Source of the DNA: Firmicutes bacterium UBA5435
Lineage (GTDB): Bacteria > Bacillota > UBA5435
Reading direction: 5' to 3'
Assembly: GCA_002426645.1 (NCBI GenBank)
Contig: DIRN01000045.1
Span: 16,983 to 80,982, forward strand
DNA length: 64,000 nt
The notes under the pieces were generated by a model. That model was given only the letters and a program-made list of their open reading frames with translations. It had not been told where the DNA came from and did not search any database. Both the position numbers and the translations under genes were made by a program. Position 1 is the stretch's first letter. The number at the start of each line of letters is the position of its first letter. Positions 57,069 through 64,000 of this stretch are shown here, piece after piece.

Positions 57069-57743
57069 TCATCCATGACTTTCTCTAGGCCCAAATAATA
57101 TAGTTCCAAGCCTTACTATATTAGACCCTTCTTTAATTGCTACATTAAAATCTCCTGACATCCCCATAGAAAGGTATTCCATGCCGATGTCATCTGCCAA
57201 TCTTCTAAGAGCCCTGAAACAAGGTCGCGTATCTTCAGGATCATCTTTAATGGGAGCTATTGTCATGAGCCCCCGAACCCTTATATTCTCAAAACCTACA
57301 AGCTCATTTAGAAAACCTCTAAGGTGATTAGGGCTTATACCAAATTTGGAAACCTCTCCTGAGGTGTTCACCTGTATTAGTATATCCTGAATCTTATTAA
57401 TTCTTAAAGCATGTTTATTTATCTCTTCAGCTATACGCAAACTATCTACTGAATGGATAAGATCAAAGATCTCAACAGCTCTTTTTGCCTTATTTCTCTG
57501 AAGGTGACCTATTAAATGCCACTCTACCTTATTTCCTATAACCTTATACTTCTGATAAGCATCTTGAACACGGTTCTCTCCTATAGCCCTCACTCCTGCC
57601 TCTATGGCTTCAATTATAACCTCTACAGGAAAGGTCTTTGTCACAGCTACTAACTTTATAAGGTCGGGATCTCTATTAGCTTTTACAGCTGTTTTCCGTA
57701 TATCTTCTCTCACTTTAATTAGATTTTTACTTATGTCACTCAC
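57069..57743 (-). CDS. ylmE: YggS/YlmE-family PLP homeostasis protein
   Basis: LVAVTKT (PLP Lys), WHLIGHLQRNK and SMGMSGD. GTG start after GGGAGGG. Confidence 0.85.
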   Translation of the reverse strand: MSDISKNLIKVREDIRKTAVKANRDPDLIKLVAVTKTFPVEVIIEAIEAGVRAIGENRVQDAYQKYKVIGNKVEWHLIGHLQRNKAKRAVEIFDLIHSVDSLRIAEEINKHALRINKIQDILIQVNTSGEVSKFGISPNHLRGFLNELVGFENIRVRGLMTIAPIKDDPEDTRPCFRALRRLADDIGMEYLSMGMSGDFNVAIKEGSNIVRLGTILFGPRESHG

Positions 57744-58557
57744 ATTGAACCCTCCCAATAAAAGCCCCTATCCTACCAGTCTGTCCCTGAGTTGCGCGAT
57801 ACGAAAAGAAGAGTTGGCTCATGCAACAAGTACAGACACATGTTGTAAATATCTTTTCTCTAATAAGACCTGCCCCTATGAGCTGAGCTCTATTGGCCCC
57901 CCACAAATCTAGATAATATCCGCCTTTATCTTCATAAAAGATACGATCTTTGATTGTGGGAACTGACTTCTCTACCTCTTTAGCTACATTTTCCTGGACA
58001 TAATAACAGCATGGTCCTATAGATGGACCTATCACAGCTATATAAGAAGAGGGATCCGTATTGAAGTTCTTTACCATCTCCTCTATGCACTTCTTCGTTA
58101 TACCACTAGCCGTACCTCGCCAACCAGCATGTACCAGTCCCATACCATTACTTATAGGATCCACCAGAAGAACAGGTACACAATCAGCAAAGAATCCCAT
58201 GAGGAAGAGCCCAGGAACCTCAGTAATCATAGCATCTGTCTTTGGAAGGGCAGTCTCAAGAGCTGTAGCCCCCTTTCCTTTATCAACTTCAGTGACTATA
58301 GCTACCCTATTACCATGAACCTGTTCCCCAGCTACAAAAGAACTCAAAGGTGATTTCAAAACTCGTGCTACCCTCATTCGATTCTCTATAACTGCCTCTG
58401 GGTCATCTCCTGTATGTAAACCTAGGTTCAATCCATCATAAAGCCTCTGACTAATCCCACCAACCCTTGTGGTAAATGCATTAACAAACCCGAGCTCAGT
58501 AAGGTAAGGAATACTCACATAAACGAGACCTTCTTGGTATTTTATACTATAACACAT
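57736..58557 (-). CDS. ylmD: YfiH/YlmD (PgeF) family protein
   Basis: AFTTRVGG..., QVHG, ADCVP and HAGWRG motifs. The ATG at 58557 follows GGGGTGA. Confidence 0.8.
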   Translation of the reverse strand: MCYSIKYQEGLVYVSIPYLTELGFVNAFTTRVGGISQRLYDGLNLGLHTGDDPEAVIENRMRVARVLKSPLSSFVAGEQVHGNRVAIVTEVDKGKGATALETALPKTDAMITEVPGLFLMGFFADCVPVLLVDPISNGMGLVHAGWRGTASGITKKCIEEMVKNFNTDPSSYIAVIGPSIGPCCYYVQENVAKEVEKSVPTIKDRIFYEDKGGYYLDLWGANRAQLIGAGLIREKIFTTCVCTCCMSQLFFSYRATQGQTGRIGAFIGRVQCE

Positions 58558-58613
58558 GGGGTCACCCCGTATATCTTTATTAAGCTTAGCATCCTTGACT
58601 CTACACGTCAAGA

Positions 58614-59687
58614 CTACAAAGGTAATTTGACTTCCTTACCCGTCCTAGCTGACTCATATATTGCCTGAATGATCTCAACAGAATACCTACCATCCTCGCC
58701 AGTAATTATAGGTTCTGTTCCTTCCTTTACAACCTTAACCATATCTTCTATCTGGATCAAATGCCCAGCCTTAGTAATAGAAGAAGGATCAGCAGAGCCT
58801 GATTCCGCTTTCAGAGAACCATAGGCTTTAAGCATCTTTTCTTCCTCCTCATTCTCTGCTTCTTTGCTCTCTCTTCGCATCTTCCAAACCTTTAACTTAT
58901 TATTATCAGAAATTATTGATCCGTTCCCTCCAAAGAGTTGAACAGCAGTAGCAACACCTGGATATGCACAGGTAGTGCCGAGTATGGTCCCAACTGCCCC
59001 ATTCTTGAACTTCACTATACCTATTCCAGTATCCTCTGTCTCAATTTCATGAGATAGTATACCAGTATATCCTATAACAGACTCAACTGGGCCCATAAAC
59101 CATTGTAAGAGGTCAATGGTATGTATTGATTGGTTCATGAGAGAACCACCGCCATCCATTGCCCAGGTTCCTCGCCAGCCTCCAGCATCATAGTACTCTT
59201 GAGTCCTATACCATAGAACATTAGCTGTACCTATAAGGAGTCTCCCAAGTCCACCTTTATCAATGAACTTCTTTATCATCATATTAGTAGGGGTGAGACG
59301 GTTCTGAAATATACATGCCAGCTTTACCCCTGCCTCTTTACAAGCATTAATCGCTCTATCTACCCTCTCCACAGTTATATCCAATGGCTTTTCAGTTATC
59401 ACATGCTTGCCTGCTGAAGCACAACGTATTATCGCATCAGTATGAAGTCCACTTGGCGTACATATATTAACTACATGGATATCGTCTCTTTTGAGCATCT
59501 CGTCTAGGTCTGTGTATGCAGCAACTCCGTTCTCTTCTGCCATTTTCGTAGCAACCTCAGGTACTATATCACAAATAGCAACAAGTTCTGCTCCATCTGC
59601 TTCTTTAATGCAGTTGATGTGACGCCTTCCAATATTACCGCTACCTAACACAGCAAAGCCAACCTTATTATATGTTTTAGACCCCAT
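58614..59687 (-). CDS. Gfo/Idh/MocA-family oxidoreductase
   Basis: VGFAVLGSGNIGRRH Rossmann start and the EKP motif. The ATG at 59687 follows GGAGAGG. Confidence 0.8.
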   Translation of the reverse strand: MGSKTYNKVGFAVLGSGNIGRRHINCIKEADGAELVAICDIVPEVATKMAEENGVAAYTDLDEMLKRDDIHVVNICTPSGLHTDAIIRCASAGKHVITEKPLDITVERVDRAINACKEAGVKLACIFQNRLTPTNMMIKKFIDKGGLGRLLIGTANVLWYRTQEYYDAGGWRGTWAMDGGGSLMNQSIHTIDLLQWFMGPVESVIGYTGILSHEIETEDTGIGIVKFKNGAVGTILGTTCAYPGVATAVQLFGGNGSIISDNNKLKVWKMRRESKEAENEEEEKMLKAYGSLKAESGSADPSSITKAGHLIQIEDMVKVVKEGTEPIITGEDGRYSVEIIQAIYESARTGKEVKLPL

Positions 59688-59713
59688 ATTACCTCTCCTT
59701 TTCATATATCTTA

Positions 59714-60545
59714 TTATCTTAAATCATCTATCCGTATCTCTTTCCCAGTCTTAGCTGACTCACCATTTATAGCAGGTTCCCTATCTTCTTTAATTGCACT
59801 TATGAGATCCGTTACATGGCGAACATGTCCAGTAGTTGAGATAGCCCTGGGATCAGAAGACCCCCCCGCCTTCTCCTCTAATCCATCTAAAGTTTTAGGC
59901 TCCTCCCTAATGACTTGCCATTTAGTTATTGTCTGTTCCTCCATGATTATACTTCCCTTCTCCCCATGAAGCTCCAAGCGTATGGGAATGGCCGGGTATA
60001 CAGAAGTGGTACCTTCTATAACACCATATTTATACGCAACCACTATTACAGCGGTATCTTCAACCTCTATATCACGGGCTAAGGCTCCTGCCTTGGCGAA
60101 GACACTCTCTATATCTCTCATTATCCATTGAATAAGGTCTATACCATGTACACCCTGATTCATTAAGGCGCCTCCACCATCCATAGACCAAGTGCCTCTC
60201 CAACCAGCGCTATTATAATATTCCTGGCTTCGATAGTATTTTAAATATGCATCACCAAGGACCATCTTTCCTAGCGCCCCGCTTTGTACTTCCTCTATCA
60301 TTCTATCTATGGCTTCTATAGAAATATCTAAAGGCTTTTCGCAGAGGATATGCTTCTTAGCATCTACAGCTGCCACCGCCATCCCTGAGTGCATACCACT
60401 AGGAGTACAAATACAGACTACATCAATATCATCCCTCTTTAACATCTCCTGATAATCTGTGTACCAGCACTTTGCATTCAACTTCTCTGCAAATGATTTA
60501 GCTTTATCCTCCTATTATACCAAAACCAACTTGTTGCTTTTCCAT
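59714..60545 (-). pseudogene. Decayed tandem paralogue of the Gfo/Idh/MocA oxidoreductase
   Basis: MEKQQVGFGIIGG then a stop at 60504-60506. The rest continues in another frame (EDKAKSFAEKLNAKCWYTDYQEML...). Compared with its neighbour, about 25 aa of the Rossmann segment and about 25 aa after the EKP motif are missing. Confidence 0.6.
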
Positions 60546-60729
60546 AGTCTATCTCTCGAAGTCTCTCATATATTATAAAAAAGACTGACAAGGTCCTCCT
60601 TTCAATCCTCTCTGAAGTTAGAATTATAGACTATAACATATTCTTTTTCTCCATTACTTTAGATTTTCCTTCTATTTTTTGAAAAAATCTTATATGGTGC
60701 CTATGAGCACCATAAATTGGCTAAAACTA

Positions 60730-60758
60730 TTGTTAATTGTCACCACCTATACTATAAT
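60730..60758 (+). promoter_or_regulatory. Sigma-A promoter (TTGTTA-N17-TATAAT) for the repressor gene
   Basis: -35 at 60730-60735, -10 at 60753-60758. Confidence 0.55.
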
Positions 60759-60802
60759 TAAGAAGAATAAGCCTACCTGTAAATAAATAATGGGGTGATT
60801 AC

Positions 60803-61438
60803 ATGTCATTTGGGGAGTATCTTAAAAAATTGATAGAAGAAAAGGGTTACTCCTACAGAAAGGTAGCCATGTTATCAGGTGTAGATCATACCTATATATC
60901 ACGGCTAGCTCGAAATAAAAAGGAGCGACCTTCTCCCGAGATTCTGGCAAAGCTCGCACCACCCCTAGGAACCACTTATGAAGACATGATGCGCGCTGCT
61001 GGTTATCTACCTCCTAAAACATGTGAAAAACAAAAGTCTCCATTGGAATCATCCGAGAATATCCTAGGGATGGGCATCATTCCATTGGTAAAAAACATAA
61101 GTGAAGTATCGCCTTTCTTTGCACGTGACAAACGCGGTAGGTATGTTACCATACCAAAGAAGTTCTTATGCGATGGTGATTTCTTATGGCGTGTTAAAGG
61201 TACATCTCTCTTAGAAGCTGGCATCGAAGAAGGAGATTATATCGTAATAAAACAACAACCTGTAACAAAGATCGGAGAGATAATTTTCATCCAAGACGGT
61301 AAAAATTTGGTCCTTAAAAAAGTCAACACATATCAGGACCTTATCTCGTATCAGACTGGAGATACAAAATCGAAATCTATAAAGAATATTGGGACAGTAA
61401 TTTCTTCCCATAGAATACACGTTAGTAATAACGAATGA
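60803..61438 (+). CDS. XRE-family HTH + S24 (LexA/CI-like) peptidase-domain repressor
   Basis: N-terminal HTH (YRKVAMLSGVDHTYISRLARN). The C-terminus is S24-like (VKGTSLLEAGIEEGDYIVIK...LVLKKV). Confidence 0.7.
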   Translation: MSFGEYLKKLIEEKGYSYRKVAMLSGVDHTYISRLARNKKERPSPEILAKLAPPLGTTYEDMMRAAGYLPPKTCEKQKSPLESSENILGMGIIPLVKNISEVSPFFARDKRGRYVTIPKKFLCDGDFLWRVKGTSLLEAGIEEGDYIVIKQQPVTKIGEIIFIQDGKNLVLKKVNTYQDLISYQTGDTKSKSIKNIGTVISSHRIHVSNNE

Positions 61439-61469
61439 AAAGGAGATGGGTATATACCCATCTCCTTTT
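61438..61469. terminator. Bidirectional terminator between convergent HTH genes
   Basis: Palindrome AAAAGGAGATGGGTATA|TACCCATCTCCTTTT. Confidence 0.65.
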
Positions 61470-61475
61470 GCCTAT

Positions 61476-61745
61476 TTATTCGGGAACATTATAGCTACTG
61501 TTCATGGTGCCTTCGGGCACCATGTTCTTGAAAAAAAATAGATCTGAAAATTCCATACCTTCACAGGCTTTCATAAGACCTTCTATAAATTTTCGCCCAG
61601 GCTCCTGCTTACCTCGGAGGACACGATAAACGTATGAATGATCTACATCCATCTCCCTGGCTAGCCTGCGTATACTCCATCCCCGTTTCCGCATATAATT
61701 TTCTACTTCATTTCGCTTTAAGACGAGTTTGACCTTGCCAGCCAT
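61476..61745 (-). CDS. Small HTH DNA-binding protein
   Basis: 89 aa. WSIRRLAREMDVDHSYVYRVLRGK helix-turn-helix. Confidence 0.6.
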   Translation of the reverse strand: MAGKVKLVLKRNEVENYMRKRGWSIRRLAREMDVDHSYVYRVLRGKQEPGRKFIEGLMKACEGMEFSDLFFFKNMVPEGTMNSSYNVPE

Positions 61746-61840
61746 AGAAGCACCCTTTCTTTAGAGAAAATCTTAGGGGGAGTTAACCTCCTTCCTTTTA
61801 GTTATAGATTGTAGTGATATGGGAATTAATGTTCGTATAA

Positions 61841-61869
61841 ATTATATCATGAATTCTTAACAAATGCAA
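61841..61869 (-). promoter_or_regulatory. Sigma-A promoter (TTGCAT-N17-TATAAT) for the small HTH gene
   Basis: Minus strand: -35 at 61864-61869, -10 at 61841-61846. Confidence 0.5.
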
Positions 61870-61938
61870 CATTTATTGGAAACAAGGCTTGTCTATTCCC
61901 CCTTAGAATCCTCTCTTTTACGTGATATCAGGGACATA

Positions 61939-62217
61939 TTATCGCTTTTCAGCAAGTTCTTTGTGTTCGGGATCAGAGTAACTATTGGCTTCTACAAGGA
62001 TAACATCAACACCAATCTTTTTGATTTTGTTCCATGGTATAACTACATCATCATCACGTCCAAAGAACCATAAAAATCTACCTGTACCAGGCACGCGTAT
62101 AGATTTTATCCTTCCGTTTTCTAGATCAAATTCCACATCACTTATTACACCTAATCTCCTTCCGTCATGGGTATTTACAACCTCTCTAAGACGCAAGTCC
62201 GATGCTTTAATAAGCAT
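61939..62217 (-). CDS. ymxH: YlmC/YmxH-family sporulation protein (PRC barrel)
   Basis: DLRLREVVNTHDGRRLGVISDVEFDLENGRIKSIRVPG. The ATG at 62217 follows GAGGTG. Confidence 0.75.
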   Translation of the reverse strand: MLIKASDLRLREVVNTHDGRRLGVISDVEFDLENGRIKSIRVPGTGRFLWFFGRDDDVVIPWNKIKKIGVDVILVEANSYSDPEHKELAEKR

Positions 62218-62374
62218 AGCTTTCACCTCACCCCTCTTGGGTTTTCTAATAAAAAATTTGTAAGCATCTTTATACTTAAATATATGCCAAAAGATAAAAA
62301 AAGGTGTAAAAAATAATACCTCGTCCTATTCAAACGAAGCATTATTTTTACACTCTAACTAAATTACTCAAGGG

Positions 62375-63091
62375 CTATTCATTTGTAAATAGACTATATA
62401 AATAAGAGAGGGGGGTGGCTAACAACTCAAGAAATCGTCGTGATGACCTTGATTTAAACCTAAACTCTATTCCTTTTTCGCCAGTACCCTTATTAACTTC
62501 ATAACAGCTTTCTTCTTCTGTTAATTCATCTTGAATCTTAAAGATGAGTCTTCCTCCTGAAACTGGCTCATCGCCTTCTGGTAGCATTTCTACTCCCCCT
62601 ACTTCCTCACTGAAACAAAGAGGGGGAAAAAGGACACACCACCAGTTAGCTCCCTTCCCTTCACCTATAACAACCTTTAACGCGTTATAATTCCCTTCAG
62701 GAAGGGTAAGGTTTCCATATGTCTTTTCTGGAAAAGGAAACCGTCCGTACTCAGCGTACACCTCATAATCTCCACCCTTACGCTTTATCTCTTCTAAAGC
62801 GACTTCAGTAATATAATCCATCTTTTCAAGGACCATATCCCGTGCCTCTCCAGGATTAGCTGCACCATTGAAGAGTTCTCCCGTGGCAGCGAGTATAGCA
62901 TCTCTTACATCTAATTTAAGTTCCTGATCCTCTGGTAAATTACTATTTGCAACCACATGAAGCCTTATTAAATTATTACTTGTATATGCCTCCTTAGTTT
63001 CCTCTCCGCTCCCACTTATTTTAAACCCTATTATACCTGCAAAGAGAAGGAAAAGAACAAGTCCAAAAGAAATATATATACGTAATTTCAT
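62375..63091 (-). CDS. spoIIR: Stage II sporulation protein R
   Basis: IRLHVVANSNLPEDQELKLDVRD...GANWWCVLFPPLCF. Confidence 0.85.
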   Translation of the reverse strand: MKLRIYISFGLVLFLLFAGIIGFKISGSGEETKEAYTSNNLIRLHVVANSNLPEDQELKLDVRDAILAATGELFNGAANPGEARDMVLEKMDYITEVALEEIKRKGGDYEVYAEYGRFPFPEKTYGNLTLPEGNYNALKVVIGEGKGANWWCVLFPPLCFSEEVGGVEMLPEGDEPVSGGRLIFKIQDELTEEESCYEVNKGTGEKGIEFRFKSRSSRRFLELLATPLSYLYSLFTNE

Positions 63092-63147
63092 GGTAACACC
63101 TCCTAAAGGTAGTAAATTAATTCTCGTCTATATATCCATTAATCCAA

Positions 63148-63921
63148 TCAAACATGACGTCGCATGTGTTTGAGAGCAGCCTTCTCTAAGCGGGAGACTT
63201 GCGCTTGTGAGATCCCTATTTCCTCTGCTACCTCCATCTGAGTTTTCCCTTCAAAAAACCGGTACGAGAGTATAAGTCTTTCTCGTTCATTTAACTTCTT
63301 CATGGCTTCATGAATTGATACACCTTCTAACCAAATACCATCTTCACTCTTATCGTCACTTATTTGATCCATGACAAAGATGGGATCTCCTCCATCATGG
63401 TATATAGGCTCAAAGAGAGATATAGGATCCTGTATAGCATCGAGAGCATAGACGACCTCTTCCTGAGGCATCTTTAGTTCTTCTGCTATCTCATTTATAG
63501 TGGGTTCCTTTGAGTTTTTGTTGACTAAAGAATCCCTGACTTGAAGCGCTTTATATGCTATATCTCGTAACGAACGGCTTACTCTTATGGGATTGTTATC
63601 TCTTAAATAACGGCGTATTTCGCCGATTATCATAGGAACTGCATAGGTAGAGAATTTTACATTTTGGCTAAGATCAAAGTTATCTATAGCCTTTATCAGA
63701 CCTATACAACCAACCTGAAAAAGATCATCTACGTATTCGCCACGATTATTAAAGCGCTGTATTACACTAAGAACTAGCCTTAAGTTACCCTGAACCATTT
63801 CCTCTCTAGCAGCTAGATCGCCTTTTTGAATCCTCTTTAATAATTCTCGCATCTTCTTATTAGATAAGACAGGTAGTTCAGAGGTATTAACCCCGCAAAT
63901 TTCTACCTTATTCGACATCAT
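63148..63921 (-). CDS. sigG: Sporulation sigma factor SigG
   Basis: Near-colinear with B. subtilis SigG as I recall it (KVEICGV.TS.LPVL, NLRLVLSVIQRFNNRGEYVDDLFQVGCIGL, FSTYAVPMIIGEIRRYLRDNNPIRVSRSLRD, GISQAQVSRLEKAA). Confidence 0.85.
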   Translation of the reverse strand: MMSNKVEICGVNTSELPVLSNKKMRELLKRIQKGDLAAREEMVQGNLRLVLSVIQRFNNRGEYVDDLFQVGCIGLIKAIDNFDLSQNVKFSTYAVPMIIGEIRRYLRDNNPIRVSRSLRDIAYKALQVRDSLVNKNSKEPTINEIAEELKMPQEEVVYALDAIQDPISLFEPIYHDGGDPIFVMDQISDDKSEDGIWLEGVSIHEAMKKLNERERLILSYRFFEGKTQMEVAEEIGISQAQVSRLEKAALKHMRRHV

Positions 63922-64000
63922 AGGTGATCCCTCCTACCCACTTTTCCACTATTTTCTTCCTCCCTTTAATATAAGTATTGCCACTGTTTGCCTCTTTTAT

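Noticed and set aside
63922-64000. SigF-type forespore promoter upstream of sigG.
   Set aside because: Only loose resemblance (GCAATAC ... GAAAATA) is visible, and the upstream context runs off the window.
1-64000. CRISPR arrays, tRNA genes and rRNA genes.
   Set aside because: Reading all intergenic regions turned up no regularly spaced direct repeats, no cloverleaf-compatible GTTCGAATC-type T-arms and no rRNA-like segments.

Overview
This is an AT-rich chromosomal segment transcribed almost entirely on the minus strand. It comes from a spore-forming Firmicute: sigG, spoIIR, ylmC/ymxH, a Spo0E-like phosphatase and the ylmD-ylmE-proC-ylmG-ylmH block are all present. It also encodes three signal-peptide proteins that end in an OMP-type C-terminal Phe strand, which suggests a diderm lineage such as Halanaerobiales or Negativicutes (inference only).

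Recognisable content, in window order:
- A sensory [FeFe]-hydrogenase/PP2C module next to NuoE/NuoF-like hydrogenase subunits.
- A fused homocysteine methyltransferase/MTHFR.
- A convergent RiPP-like cluster: HPr-kinase-like protein, PqqD, rSAM/SPASM, S26 peptidase, nucleotidyltransferase and an extended ECF-type sigma factor.
- KtrB/TrkH, an aminoglycoside-phosphotransferase-family gene, queT, DUF1015, a UbiA prenyltransferase and yqeG.
- Two MFS transporters, one fused to HEAT repeats.
- OMP-like genes flanking an orphan 624-aa HD-domain protein.
- An IS200 tnpA remnant and a NERD protein.
- An MCP gene behind a c-di-GMP-I riboswitch.
- A complete aroF-trpEDCFBA operon, preceded by mtrB (TRAP) and a (G/U)AG-repeat leader.
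- A peptidase/isomerase/amidohydrolase block, then rluD-lgt-lspA.
- A DksA/YteA-like gene that seems to need a CTG start.
- Tandem Gfo/Idh/MocA genes, one of them decayed, and a CI-like repressor.

No rRNA, tRNA or CRISPR array was seen.

The three most interesting observations are:
1. The RiPP-like cluster, which I could not assign to a known class, with a 33-codon Cys-containing candidate precursor ORF.
2. A recurrent leader element found at five genes. A conserved hairpin (GCGCAU...AUGCGC) sits between a strong GGAGG and a start codon that has no Shine-Dalgarno of its own.
3. A shared wGGA-N13/14-TGTCGAAwwTA motif upstream of the OMP-like genes and of the riboswitch-MCP unit.

All functional calls rest on motif and sequence recognition by eye. 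No database search was run.
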